From assembly GCA_030770535.1 (NCBI GenBank), contig JASVEC010000024.1:372001-436000 (forward strand): a stretch of 64,000 nt of DNA, written 5' to 3'. Position numbers and translations under genes: made by a program. Of this stretch, positions 1 to 14,949 are shown piece by piece. The notes under the pieces are model-generated. The model was given only the letters and a program-made list of their open reading frames with translations, did not search any database and was not told where the DNA came from. The number at the start of each line of letters is the position of its first letter. The first letter of the stretch is position 1. The DNA is from Batkoa obscura (lineage: Eukaryota).

Positions 1-2641
1 ATTAATAATAGCTTGATATTGAGTTAATATTAAATTAGCACACTTTTTTGTTAATGAAATTAATTGTTGGTTGGTATGAGTAGTGATAATATCTAATATA
101 TATAATTAATAATAAGATAGAATAATTGAACAAATAATTAGTTACCTTGACAAATATTAAGTATATTTTCAATATTTAAAAAATAAATATCATTAAATTT
201 AATATTTAAAAATATCTTAGATAACATTAATATACACCAATATAAGATAGTATCATTATTAAGTTTTAACCAATAATTTAGAATCAAATTAAATAATTTC
301 AATTTAATAATTTCATAATTAGGATGATATTTTAAACTTAATAAGATTGTATAGTTTAATTGTAATAATTTATTTAATATTATTATAGATATGCTATTCT
401 TTTGTATTGTTATTTGTGTATTATTATTTAATTGATTTATTAATGGAAGAAATATATGCTTATAAATACCTTGTTTTAATTTATTATTATTATTATTATT
501 ATTTGTTAAAATACTTTTATTATTTGTTTGATTCAATAAAATATTTTTACTTTTCCATTTTAAATTACCAATTTGATTATTATTATTATTAATCGTTTGT
601 TGCTGTTGCTGTTGCTGTTGTAAATTATCAATACTATTAATTAAATCAATTAAACCATCTACTGCTATTAAAGTATTAAATAAATTTAATTTATCTTCTA
701 AAATAAATTGTAAATAAATATCAATACAAGAATAAAATGACTTTTTTAGTATATAAACTATCATTTCTTTTCTTAATGCTAATTCCTCTTCTCTTTTTTT
801 GTCATCATTATTTTCTAATTTTAATAGTATTTTTATTAATTGTTGGCTTTCTTTATTTAATTGTTGTAAATCACTGTTATGTATTATTGATTTCATATGT
901 TGAATAGCTAATTGATTATATTCAACATTTTCTTTTTCTTTAAAGTATTCGATCAATTCAACTAAATTTCTAAAATATAAAATATTAATTATTATTAATA
1001 TGATTGTTATTTACGTTTACCTTGGTTCTTTAATTAAATTATTATTATTATTATTATTATTTAATATAGTGTTAATATCAATTTCACTTTCTATTTCTTC
1101 ATCGGAATCAAATGGGTCATTATCTTCTTTATTATTTATAATTTTAATTTCATTATCATTTAAGCCCTTATTCTCTATATTCTCTATTTTAATACTCTCG
1201 TCTTTACCAAATAAATATTCATAATAAATTAAATTGTTATTATTAAATAATTTAAAATTTAATTCCAATTGTAATTTATTATTATTAATAAATTTTAATA
1301 AAATAAAATAATTATATTTAATAAAATTATTTGGTTGTTCCATTATTTTAATAAAAAACGTATTAGTTAAACTAGAACTTAAATTAATATTTGAATTTTG
1401 TTTAATTGATTTAAATAATACAAAATAGATTTGATTCATGAAATTATAATCATTTAATTGTTGAATTGTAATGCTATTAAGTATTAACTCGATTAATTGA
1501 CTAACATTGTTACTATTTGATGAATTCTTAAATAAATAACTCATAAAATTGACTAATAAATTCACTATTTTTAATTTGAAATTTTCTTTCATAATAACTT
1601 TAAATAGCCCGTTTTTAAATAGGTGTTCTTGTACAACATCTTTTTTATCTTTTAATTCATAAAACAATCCTATTATTATACTATTATTAATATTCTTATC
1701 ATCAAATTCATTTTGGTTTAATAATCTTTCAATATCTTCTTCTTTTTCTTCTTCTTTTTCTTCTTCTTTATTATTGCCCTTTAATAAATTTAAAATCATT
1801 AATATTAATTCAATGTTAATTAATTTAAATTCCTTGATTGCTAATATTGATCCTAAACATTCACCTTTTTGTTGTTTTTTTATATTGTTGATGAAACCAT
1901 CGAGAAATAAATCTATAGAATAAAACATTATGAATAGAAAATAGAAAATAGTAATTATTTATACTTACCCAAATATCTCAATCGATGTAACTTTAATATA
2001 AAATAAGTAAATATTGGTTGACAGTTTTGGTAATCTTGTACAAAATAAGTACTTATTTTATTTCCCAAAAGTTTAAAATAAGTCCTATTTAAAACAATCA
2101 ACATTAACGGTAATAGCCATATTATCTTCACAATCTTAAGTTACCTTTTATTACCAAAACTCCATTTTTCATTTACAAAAATATTCCAACTGCATACTTT
2201 ATCTGTTAAAAACGCTAATGTATCTGTTAAAGCAATAACAAAACTTTTGTTTTTTTTATTCTTTTCCAAAATAGCTTCAAATTCTATATTAATCACTATT
2301 TGATTCAATAGATACAAACAAGTGGTTATTATCCTTTGTGATTCTTTTTCTTTTAATTGTAGTTTAATATAAAATAATAGGTTATTAATACTAAAGAGTA
2401 TTAATTTATCATGGACGAAGTATGATTCGATGATTTTAATTCTTTTTTCAATCGAGTCCTTACCATCTTTTAATGAATCCTTAAGTTGAAATAGTAATAT
2501 ATTATGAAATTGAGTAATCCATTTAGTTTGTATGTCCCCTTTTACTATAATTTCGAATGTAGAATCTAATAGTTTCCAAGCTTCTTGTTGTTTATCATTT
2601 TCAAACAATTGATTTAATAAGTTAAATTTATCTTCTAGCAT
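1..2641 (-). CDS. Large multi-exon hypothetical protein (Asn/Leu-rich, probably a helical-repeat scaffold); 3' end runs off the window
   Basis: Co-oriented ORFs 2141-2659, 1017-1928 and 138-956 are separated by short GT..AG segments. ATG at 2641 (MLEDKF). No recognisable domain; the exon structure around 1970-2200 is unresolved. Confidence 0.55.
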
Positions 2642-2740
2642 GGTTAGAAAAAAATACAAAAGTGAAATTCTTAAAAAGTGCCATTTTCAAGTTCAATCAT
2701 TGCATTTTTTCATTTTTCATTTTTTCAACAATCTATACAA

Positions 2741-4023
2741 ATGCATCGCTTTTTCGGTAGTAGTAAACCACAATTAGATAAACCTAATTTACAATCAGCA
2801 ATCAAAAATGTAATTATCATATAATCTTATCTACTTTTACCAACCAACTAACCAAACTGACCTCTCTTCTTTTTCTAGGCAGATGAAAGAGTGAGTGGTA
2901 TTGATTTAAAGATTAAGAAATTAGAAGCGGAATTAATACGCTATAAAGAACAATTGAGAAAGTTACCTAATGGATCAACAAGAGTAAGTAAGATTTTTCA
3001 AGTTAAATAAAAAAAGTAGATGGAGTTTTGTTTCATACATTGTGCTTTGAGATTAACTTTACTTTTTTTAAAATAGAATAATGTGCAACAGAAATGCACA
3101 AAGTTATTGCAGCAGAGGAACATGTAAGTTTAATATATTAGCAAACAAATAAATTAGTATTAATTTTTTATTTTAGGTACAATAGACAAAAAGAGCAAAT
3201 TGAAAATCAAATATTTAGTATGGAACAAACAGAATTTACTACAGAAAATATCAAAAATAGTATAACTACAGTTAAAGCTATGAAGGAAGCTAGTAAAGAA
3301 TTAAAAAGGGAATATAAAAAAGTGAATGTAGAACAGATTGAAGTAAGATTAAACTATTTTTTGTTTTATCATTAATATTATTATTCTACAAAAATCATAA
3401 CGATATAACAAAAAAAATAGAATAAACAAAATTCAGATAGTTTGTTTTATTTTTACTAACCAATTTATTATTTTATTGTTATAAACAGTCATTACAAGAT
3501 GAATTAGCTGATCTCATCGAAGACTCTTCATATATTCAAGAAGCATTAGGTAGAGGGTATGAAGTGCCAGATGATATTGATGAATCCGAATTACAAGCTG
3601 GTAAATTGATTATGTTTCTTTACTTCTATCATAACAAAAAGAATTAAACTAAATCAAATGATTAAACAAAACCAATGAATACTACCATTGAGAATAAATA
3701 CTAATGACAATAATAGAATTAGATGCCTTGGGTGATGAATTAACTTTTGAAGAAAGTGAAGGTATTCCTAGTTATTTACAAGAAAATGACGACAAAATGC
3801 CTGAGTTTTTGGATGAATTAAATCAATTAGAAACTGAATTGGTAAGTACAATTAATCCTTATTTAATTGGAACATTATATTTATCTATATTTCTTTTATC
3901 TAGCCTAATTTAGAACAAAAGGCAGGAGGTAAGTGGATTCCTATAACAGAAAGTGTTTTTGAATTAATTGATTAATTTATATTAGATAATAAACTGGAAA
4001 CTAAACCAGTAAAAGCGGATTAA
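2741..4023 (+). CDS. VPS60: ESCRT-III Snf7-family protein Vps60/CHMP5 (multi-exon)
   Basis: Spliced translation reads MHRFFGSSKP...IDLKIKKLEAELIRYKEQ...[44 protein letters not shown], typical of Vps60/CHMP5. TAA at 4021-4023. Confidence 0.9.
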
Positions 4024-4399
4024 TTAATTGATGTCATGTAAACTAGTAGAAGTATAGTTGTTAAGTAGCACTCAATGACTTTGAATAAATAAATGAAATC
4101 TATAACTTTTATTATCAGACTAAATAAATATAATACAAATACACGCAGATATAAACTATTGATAATATGATAACTAATTCAATGTTATTTAGATATCAAA
4201 TAAATTAACTACAGTATGCTCTGATTTATCTAATTAGAATCCAGTACCGATTGTATTAATTGAATAGGAATAATTAAGTTTAAATACAAAAAGAGATATG
4301 AATAGTATTAAATAAAATTTATTTAGCAAAATTTTGATAATATAATATAGCAATTAGTTGCTTCTCTTTGTCTCTTGTCTGTTCTTCAAATAGGCTGGG

Positions 4400-5880
4400 A
4401 TAATTAAACTTTCTTTGGTTTTTTGATTATATTAAGCAATATTGATTTTTTTAGTTCTCATTTAATAATTAAATAAAATTAATTGTAAAGCACAGTTGCT
4501 ATGTTTGGCTTCTTGAGATAATTTACAAATGTTGAAGTTACTTTGATTCAGCTGGTACTAATAATGTTAAATTAGCTTTTAAATTTAAATTTAGGATTGT
4601 TATTTCATAAAAATTCGCTACTCCCAAAACTTACAAATTAGGAAAGCAACTCAAAAATCTAAATAGTTGATAGAATGCTGGCTTAAATGTATGAGTTTGG
4701 ATATGAGGATGTATTTTTTATTTAAAAAATTTACTAACAATCTTTCCACTCGCAAATAGTGTTTAAAAAGTAGAGAAGTAATGAAATAAAGAAATATCTT
4801 CATATATTTAATATTTTCATAATTAACTTACTATTGGTAATAAAATATCCTTTTTGATTAAATCTTTTTTATCAGAAATTTCTTTAATATCTAAATTAAT
4901 AGTAAGAAAAATTATAGTATAAATATCAATTTGTAAAGAGAACATCTTAAGATATTGTTTACTAAGGGAATTTTTTTGGTTATAGTTATATTAGTTGATG
5001 TTAATTTATAAAGTTTTGTTAAAAGAACATTGTAATTTTCTTCGTTATAGCTTGCTTCTAAAATTTTGATTGTCTCATGGCTGTTTTCATCTATTACTAA
5101 ATCAAAACCCCTTATGTTTGTTGCCTTTATGCTTTTGAAATTATTATAATCTCCAAGATAATCTTTAATAAAATTTAAATTAAATCTCCCATGTAACTGC
5201 AATTCTATGTTGGAAATAAACTTATCTTACGCTTTATTTTGTTGAATGGTTTATCTTACTGCATTCAAATTTAACTTTCTTTAACTTTTTAAATATCTCT
5301 TTAAGTTCATTTAAGCCACTGAAGTTGAAATCATAAAGAAGATCTATACGAAGTAAACTAGGATGACTTGGATTCACATTTTTAACACAGTTTTGGAAAT
5401 TGCATTAGGACTTTCAATTCTTGATTGCTCTAGTTGACTTAAAATGTTTCTAAAAACTCCAAAATAATAATATAATTTACACTCAAAATTCTTAACCTTT
5501 TAAGCTTTGAGGGAGTTTTAATTGTATAATATTGGCGCTGGTACCATTTTGAATATTTACGCTATTCTTATAAATTTTATCATAATCCATTGAGACATTT
5601 GGGCAGTTGTGTTTAGATACTTGACATTTATGTGATACATGAATGATTTCTCCAATAACAAGCCATCCTTCTTAATAGATTTTTCTTGATGTACCCATAG
5701 TTTATTAACCCTGACATTATTATAAAAGGAATGCCTTAAATTATAATCAATGGGTTTATCAGCTATCAGCATCTTTCTCAATGCCTTTATTTGACAAATA
5801 GAGTTTAAACAAGCCATCTGGCTCATAGAATTTAAATACATCTTCTAGAACCTGCGTAGATAGGAATCTCAGCCTAGGAG
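4400..5880 (-). pseudogene. Degenerate F-box/LRR-like paralog (copy 1)
   Basis: Broken frames (LSTQVLEDVFKFYEPDGLFKLYL; VNKLWVHQEKSIKKDGLLL; FNLNFIKDYLGD) align with the copies at 15.0-15.9 kb and 16.7-18.2 kb. Contains frameshifts, stops and a MITE at 4705. Boundaries approximate. Confidence 0.6.
4705..4801. mobile_element. ~97-bp MITE (Sola-like family)
   Basis: ATAT|GAGGATGTATTTT...AAATATCTTC|ATAT; the internal sequence matches the family consensus. Confidence 0.8.
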
Positions 5881-7320
5881 ATGGCTTTTATTTTTCTATA
5901 TGGCAAATTAGTAAGAAAAAAGAATTATTTTTAGTTTAGATTTGTTAAAATGGTATTAAAATTTTAAACTTACATTTTACATGAAAAATATCATTGACTG
6001 AAAATGAAAAAGGAAAAATGGAAACGTAACGGGCTAAAAGATAGTATGATTGGTTAAAAAGCAATATAAGAATATAAATGGTTTGCTTCTGAAAGTAATC
6101 TTTATTTAACTTTATTTACTTTATTTTAGCAAAGGAGTTATTTAATAAAAATTTAATGTCAGCTGGAAGTCAATGTTTGAACAAACAAAAATAGATGGAA
6201 TGAAATTGATAGTAATAGACTAAATAAAAAGGGTAATTTAACTACTTCTTTTAAGCAATCAAAGCAGGAGACTTCTAATAATTTCATTATGGATATTTAT
6301 GTTTTATTATTGATTCTATTGTACCTTGCTGTTGTTTTTATATAACAAATTAAATGACTTTCAACTTTCAACTTTTTTTCGAATATTTGTTATGTTTTTA
6401 TTTAATGTCATCTTAAATAAATTTAGCCAGAAGTCAAAAGACGAGCTAAAGAAGGTTGTTCTCCTAATTACTACTATAATACACTTCAAAAATAGCTTTT
6501 TTAGTTTAAGCTCATCAATACAATAATAGTTAAGAAAAATAATTAGTTAAAACCAAAAATAATAAAATTATAACAAATCCATCTAAATTGGGTTTAATAT
6601 ATAAAAAGGACAGGTATCGCATTTTTTACAGAAATAATCTTTAGATGCATAGGTATTAAATTATGTAACAAAAGTAGTTCTGTATTATTGTCAAATTTTA
6701 ATCGATTTTTACTCACTATTAATCATTGAAAATCTAAGCCTAGTAGTTAACTGTTTTCATTCATTGTATTTTAACCCTTCGTATACGATAGACGAACTAT
6801 ACTTTTTTGTTAAAGCTTGGTTATGGCACGTTTAACTTGTCTAATTTGGACTCTAAGCAAAAATTCCAGTTCAATCAAACTTTTTAAAAAGTTTGATATC
6901 TAAAGGGTTACAAAAAAAATACAAATGCAACATTTATAGCAAGCATTTTTATACAAAACAAGTTTACACAAATGTACTTAAGAAACTAGACATTTCTTGA
7001 CCAAAAATTGCTATTAAAAATACATCGTATAGCATAATACATTCATTGAACTTATAATTTTTTTTCAAGTTTTAACAAATTAATAAAGCGATTTTGAAAT
7101 ATCAATGATATTTTCATGATTTGAGTAGCTGTATATTTTTTAAAGTATCACTATTGTTGAGTTTTTTAAGAAGTAATATACCATGATGTATAAACTCTAA
7201 GAGAATCCGCTTTTTTATATAATGAAATTAAATAAGCATAAATATAGGTATAAATTTCATTAATAAAATGCTATATATTTAGTAAAAAATTGATATAGAA
7301 TGGAAAAATAAAGGAGAACC

Positions 7321-10300
7321 TTAATGTGGAATACCTAAATCATAGATTAACTTCAAACGAGACAAAAATAATGGAATATAAGACTTACCATTAGTAGCAA
7401 ACTGGAAGGAATCATAGAGTACAGTACGTTTATTGCCATAAGATTCACTGATCCTAGCAATCATAAAATCTGCAGCTGCTCGTTCTGATTTGTCTAGTTG
7501 AAAACGCCATCTTAAATTTTTGATAGTATTTTCTCCTAAAATAATGAAAAAATTATATTAATTAAATTCAATCATTATCAACTCTGTTTTTACCTTTAAA
7601 GCATGGTAAACCAGAATCCAACATCAATTGAACTACTTGAATAATTTCATTGGCATAAGGTCTAATTGAAAAGTTAAAAAATAAGCGCTTCGATCTCAAT
7701 TAAAGTAATAAATCAAAATTACCTAATAGCAAGATAGGCCTTAATGCATAGTTCAGTAAACCAACGATAAGGCTGGGAAGTAGAAGAACCACCCATAACT
7801 TGTATCATTTCAGTAGTAAGCTTAAAAGGTGAACTTTCAAAGTTAATGCCACCAGGGGATATCTCTAATATAAAACCGAAATCTGATTTATATCGCTAGC
7901 ATTAGTACAATCCAGTTATTATTAAACTATAAATTACCTATATGAATAGTATGTCCATCCTTATCAATCATAATGTTACCATTATGACGGTCTTTGATTT
8001 GTAAGATATAAGAAACCACAGAATAGGCTGCTACACTTTGAACATACGCATTTCTGGCCTTTATTTTTATTTAGAGTTTATCACAAAAATTAAATATAAT
8101 AAATTACTTTTTGATAATCAATTGAATTATAACCACCATAAGTAGCAAGGAAATAACTAAAATAAATTAGAAGAATTCAAATAAACTACCGTTTCATTTC
8201 TTACTTATTAAGGTCATTAACCTTTTCCCTACCAAGCTGATCTCTAGAAATAGAATTGGGAATAGCATCAATAACACCACACTAAAAACAAACCAGAGTT
8301 AAAACCATTGTATTTACAAATAATAAACTTACTCCAGGTGAAGTAGCCACAATACGATAAGGGAAGAGATAAAGATCCAGTCCAAAATTAGAATAAATAT
8401 TTTTAAAGATAGCTATTAATTGTAAAGCTAAAACGTCTTGTCTACAATCATCCCCTACTTTAAAGACAGCTGATTGCCAAACATCTTTATAAAGTGGTGC
8501 TTTTTCTTTTTCTTTTTCTTCTTCTAATTCTTCTGGTGTTTCATTGATGATTTCGACTTCTTTACGTATTTTAAATGTGGCCATAAAAGGCGCCTAAAAT
8601 AAAATTATATTTAATTAAGTTGATATCAAGATAATTAGCAATTACTTTAGCATGAGATTGTAAAGGTCTTCCTGATTTATAGTCAATATCAATGACTTGG
8701 CCTTCTGGATTACTAGGTAAATATACTCCAACTTCCACTTTAATTTTTTTCATTTCCTCATCAATTTTTTTCTGAAAGAATATATCTTTAGTTTTATATA
8801 ATATTACAACCATGTTTCATTTACCTTTTTTTCTTCCTTTGGTTTTTTAATGTATGGTTTCAAAATACCTGAAATACCTGTTACTTTATTAAAAAACTCG
8901 AACTCCTTATTGTAAAACTCTTTATCAGCACCAGATAATTGATGTACAATTTTTTCAATAATCATTTCTAGTTTTTCCTTAATGACATCTGCTTCTCCTG
9001 TCGTTTCATTACGTAAAAAGTTCGCCTTCATATTCCATATAATCTGGTGTGCAAATAATTGACTCACCCTTGCCGCATCTAATATGAATTTCTCGACATA
9101 ACCGAGGCGATCATAACGTAAAGCTTGTACCGTTTGTGGGATGTAAAAGAATACTACATCCACTGGATGGTAGTGTAATACCCTCATCGAATATTGTAAG
9201 ATGTAAGGGTCGTCATTGGCTATGGTAGCTAAAAAGGAAGCTGCTGATATGGGTGGTACTGGGGCCCAATAGAGAAGCCACTGTAGATATAATAAGTATA
9301 AAAATAACACCGATACCATTAAAATTTACCTTATGGAATAGTGGATCAATAATTTTACGCTGAGATAAAAAGTAATTTAAAGCTTCACTATAGCTGGTAA
9401 CTTTAATAGGATCCTTTAAAATTAAACCTTGTAATTCAGTTTCTATTACAGATTGTTTAAAACGATCATGAAGATGCAAGGCTAATTTAGGATTAATATC
9501 CCATGCTAATCGGATCGCCATCCTCCAACTATCCTATAATGCAAGATATATATGTTAAATCATCTTTGATTAACTAATTATTATACTCTTTACCTCAGTC
9601 ATGAATTTTTCAATATTGTTGATACCATCGGATTGCATAGGATCAGTAGCAGTAGGAACTGGATGATTTAAAGTCCTAAGACGACTCAATTCATTTTCAG
9701 TTAACAATTGTAATAATCGACGGCTCTTTTGAAATTGTAAAATGATTTCTTCTTTTGATTTATCTAAAATAAATCGATCATTGGCCTTGGCTGATTTAAA
9801 CTCATTGGTATCATTGAACAAAATTGATAAGCTAGAATTCTCTCTACTGCTTGCTTTAGTCAAATCTAATAAATTCATATTTAAGATCTCAGTATCCATA
9901 TCCAAACTTTGTTTAAATCGTGCCATCATATTAAATTCATCTATACATAATTGTTTATTTCCAGAACTATTCCATCTAATAAAATAATAAATAGTAAGAT
10001 TTCTATTCTTTTGCTATAAATATAAATTTTTTACCTTGGAGGAGTCATAAACCATGCAAAAGCAAATCCATAAAGTTCACTACGGAATCTAGTTTCATAA
10101 ATTGGATCCAAATTATTTTTTCTCAACATTTTAAGTCCTAATAATAATAATCGAAAGCGAGGTTCTCTAGCCACTGGATTGGTAGTAGTATCCTTTGCAT
10201 TTTTAAATGTGATAAGTAAAATGCGCGCAATAATCTGTAAGATTTCTGGATTCGTATTTGTGAATGCGTCATAACGAGTGACAAAGAATTTGATCCAAGT

Positions 10301-13300
10301 AGCATGAGGATTGATAGAGTTATACACCAATTTAAATTTACTTGATTTAACTTGTGGGTCCGTAGGTGTATACTCCATCTTTTGTACAAATGGATTGGCG
10401 GTATCTAACTTGATGGAAAATAACCCTTTCTTTTGTACGATTGTCCAGATCCAACAAAATTGTATCTCATTCATTAATCTAACTTCAAGATCGCTTCTTT
10501 CTGTAGATACCCACGACCAGATACTTGATGCTAACTTAATTGATTCTGTAGTAAATATATAAACTGGAATCCAACATACATAACGTATTAAATCATAATC
10601 TACTTTATCTTTTTGTAATACTAACCAAGCAGCAGCTTCATTGAGGGTAATCTTAAGTTCATTCTTACTTATAGGAGTATGGGTTTTTGACAGTCCATAA
10701 AGCTCCTTAAGTTTAACCTTTAAACTTATGAGGTATTCTTCTGCTCCCTTTCCATTGACTCCATATTCTAAGGATGACACTCGGCCATTAAAGTACGATT
10801 TCATTATTGAGCTTCCTGAAAACTGGGATGTATTATCGGGTGGCGAAGCTGCCAATTGATTGATTAAATCTAAATTTATTATTATCTCATTGTTATAAAA
10901 TCAAATTAAGTAAGATTACTTGAAGATTGATGAAATTGGGGAAGTAAACGACCATATTTCATAGCTAATGAACGACCATAATGAATACCAGTTGAAGTTT
11001 CATAAGTAGCGGTTTCATAAAGATAAGCCTATATCAATAAATAAATAAATTTTTTGATCAATTATTGAGATAAAATCAACCTGTAAATGATTATCCATTT
11101 CTGAGGCAGCTACATTTTTACCAGAATGCAACCATTTATTAACTGAGTCACTAAATTGGGACAGTAGTTGCTTACGATAGTTATAAGAATCAGGTAGCTG
11201 AATTGTAACGCCCACTAACTCTGAAGTGAATTCAAATACTGGGCAATACTAACAAAAAATAAGTTTAGATCAAAACTGAAAGTATATTAAATAACCTACC
11301 TCATCCTGCATTTCCCCTTCACAGCCTTGCCATAACAACTGTAACAATTCTAAAGCAGTATATAAGATCCTACGGTGATAAATTAACTGTGGAAAAGCAT
11401 CAAAGAACTTTTTAGCACAATGTAAAGATACTAACACCATCTTTTCAACACGATGGCAACAATTAACCAACACGTTTTGAAGCTGAGAAATAACTGAGTT
11501 ATTGAGGATTAATCCTAAGCCCACATTTTGAGATTCTGCCAAGAATTTAGTCGATACCTATGATAAATTTAATAATATCAAAATAAGCTTTTAAAACGAT
11601 ATTACATCATCAGCGATAGCTTCTACTAATACAGCCAATTTACTAACATTAACCGATTCATTTGAGAAATAATTTAAAATGAAACTAAAATTTCCAGAGT
11701 TACAACGCATAATCTCAATATGGTATAATGAAAGTAAGAAGATAATTTGAGCAAAGTTAAGATATCGAATTTCGTTACTATGGGAGGGAAGTACTTGAAT
11801 CAATTGATTTCTCATTTTTAATAGCTCCTAAAAAATAATGAACACAAATAGTATCGTCAATAAATTAAACTACCTGCTCACTAAATGCCCTTCTTAATAC
11901 AGAATTATACTCCAAATCAGTATCCAAATAATTACCTGAAGAATTTGGAACCAAAATTGGTGATTTAGCAGCAATGTCTAACATAGAAGAGCGCCATTCT
12001 TTAACCCAAGTGGATTCAGAAACAAAGTCGTACAGCACACAATGGAACCAGAAATTCCTAAAAGCACCTTGTAACTCTTCATCAGGGTTTAAGTGAGGGC
12101 TAAAATCCTTAGTGCACAAAATTTGACTTAAAATTGGTAATAAGATCCCTAATTCACCAGAAATAGCAGTGATCTGTACACCTTTCCTCTTTTCTTTCAA
12201 AGATCTTTGAATGTGCACCCCTTTTTCATTTGCTAATGCTAACATATATCTAAAAAAAGAATCACATTTGTCGATATTTGAGTGAATTTGATAGGAAATA
12301 GAATAATAGCACTTCAATATAGTTGACATTAATGTTTTGCTATCAGCTGATGTTTCTGCTTTACTGATAGCAGAAAATATTTCTAAGATTTCTTCATATG
12401 ATCGATCCGATACTGATAATACAATATCTGATAACTTTTCCAATATAAAAGCACGTGTTGCTTGGGTACCAGTAGCAAATTGGCGACACAACATAGTCAC
12501 TGCTAAATCCGATACATCATTGTTTTTTGCATTTTGGCCAATACTTGCTATAGCAGAAATAATGCTTTCAATTAAAACTAATTTTCTATCTCCACTTTCA
12601 CTGAAGCTATTGCAATTTTCATTGATAGAAAACATATGATTAACTAAAAAATGAATTGTTGATATTGCTGTTTCAGTATTGAATTTGACGCTGTTAGCCA
12701 ATCGAGAAGAGGACACCTCTCTGATCTCAAATAAACTGGCTTCGCTCAAGTTGCGCCCATTGTCTGATATTGGAGTAGTAATGAACTTACAACATATATT
12801 AGATAAAGAAGCATGTGATTCTGGTAAGTTGATAGATAAGATAGAGATACATTCTAAGGTAACAGTAACCAATTTAACAGCATCCGCATCCTCAAGTTTT
12901 GGATACAAAATCATTAATATGTCCGTTAATTTGATAGTCAACTTTTCTTTTAACTCTCTCAAATGAACACAAGAAAGGGTAGCTACCCTTAAACTGCAAA
13001 TAAAAAGCTCCAGCTGTCCCTTTTCAAGCTTCAATGTATCTCCCGCCTCTTTTTCAATAAAATATGTTTCAATTGAAGAAAATATTTCTAACGCCATATA
13101 ACATAATCCATGCAAAGCAGTTCTTGATTCTTCATTCAATTCGATAGCTGATGTACCTGGATTGTTGGACAAATACTTTATACAACCACTTGTAGATAAA
13201 GTTTGACTATTTTTGGGCACTTTATCATAGTTTACTTTTCTAACCAAAAAATTCAAAGTGACTTGTAAATTTCTAAAGATAATATTATTGCTTGATACCT

Positions 13301-14184
13301 CCCCATAATTATATTTTAAAAAGAAAGCTTTAGCATAATCATTACCTTCTGAAGCTAATAGTTGGTCCAACTTTTCATCTGCTGCATCTACAAAATCAGT
13401 CTGTGAAATAGTACGTGCTCTTTCTTCTAATTGAGATATAAGTGAAGAATCCCATTCGAAACTATTGTTTCCTAGAGCTCTTAATAAACCTAACCAAAAA
13501 GGAATATATTTGATGCAGATGTATTCATCACTGAGTTGTTTTAAATCTTCTCCTACTTTGATAAATACTTGCCATATTGTAGTGCAAATCTGATCCCTTA
13601 AGTCTGTTGATATACTTGCTATATGAAGTAATGAGTCAGTTAATTCAAAGGAGAATACATCATTTGGTGGAATATCTATAAGAAAAAAAGATTATTCATT
13701 TTAAATATAGCTGTTGAAATTATTATAAATTACTTTCCCATCCTTGAAACATTTCATAATTTAAATATCTAGCCATTTGTAAAACTTTTAATAAGTTGAT
13801 TACTGTTGGTTTCTGTAAATCACTGTTGGCATGTGCAACTAGTTTACTAACGCCACTGATGATGCGCATGTCACTTTCAGTCTAAAAATAAAGATAAAAC
13901 CAAAGTTTTATTTTTTGCTCTTTATAAATATTATATGTTTACTATTGTTCTATCCTTTAAAGCCTCCGGTTCTAAGTTTTCGCTTGTGATTCCAGAAAAA
14001 AAAGGACTTAGACTGATCAATCTAGCCAAGTCTTTCTCAGCTAATTCCATGGACGGATCTGATAATAATAGATCCATCTCGGAGATGATCAAAGATTGCA
14101 AGGTTGTGTCAAAGCTATTTATTGTTTAGGTCAATTTACTTGTTTTTATTTTTGTTTATAGACATAAGGGGTTTACCAACTCAT
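7321..14184 (-). CDS. STT4: Phosphatidylinositol 4-kinase type III alpha (Stt4/PI4KA), many exons
   Basis: Motifs [58 protein letters not shown] and [12 protein letters not shown] helical region [16 protein letters not shown]-terminus NGIPH*. Start codon tentatively placed at 14184 in a micro-exon. Confidence 0.95.
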
Positions 14185-14949
14185 CTTCAAGTTAAAGAAA
14201 TGAATGAAAGTGATTTTGTGGCTAAAATTATCAAGTGTTTTATTGGTTCTTCGTAAATATTGGGTTGACAGATCAAAGGTTAAATGATTGGTTGAAACAT
14301 TATTATTGTTAATGTTCTGGATGTCGGAAGTAGGTGTTGTCTTGTTTTTTCATGATTTTACTATGTGTTCTAATAGTAGTAACATTAGATTAATTCGTAT
14401 TTAATGCAACCTAGGCATTATAAATTGGTATGTTGTGAAATACTTTGGGGATTTAGTGCTTTCTAATAATAAATATAGCTAGAAATTAAATAGTAAGCAA
14501 AATTCTGTTTAGTACATTTTAATACCAAATCAAGATACACCCAATCTAGTTTATTAAAATTTTACTAAATAGCTATTGAAGTATTCTGATTTTATCTAAC
14601 TTAGAATTCGTATTTCTTTTATTTCCTTACAAAACGCTTCATCCAAGTACTTTATACTAGGTGTAATAAAGAGCAGGGAGATATTAAGTCTATATTCACT
14701 CTTTACACCAATACTTGTTAAAGAAAAATGTTTAATTTTTAGCGTTTAAGGGCTGGGAAAAACGATAGAAAATAAGAAAATTTTCAAGTGTATCGCAAAG
14801 CTGATAGGTCATAGTTTGTTTTATAAAGATATATTTAATAGATCACATTTTATATTATAAACAGTATTTTTATATAAATAAGATTTACTATACCTATCCT
14901 TTCTATTTAATTCAAAATAATCTAAAAAATAGTTTGAATATTAGATAAT

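Noticed and set aside
138..2659. Assigning a specific identity to the first gene
   Set aside because: No diagnostic motif lies within the window, so it is left as hypothetical.
9742..14129. Plus-strand ORFs overlapping STT4 (likewise those inside GNA1, JmjC, the MFS gene and the transposase)
   Set aside because: Antisense or alternative-frame by-products with no motifs.
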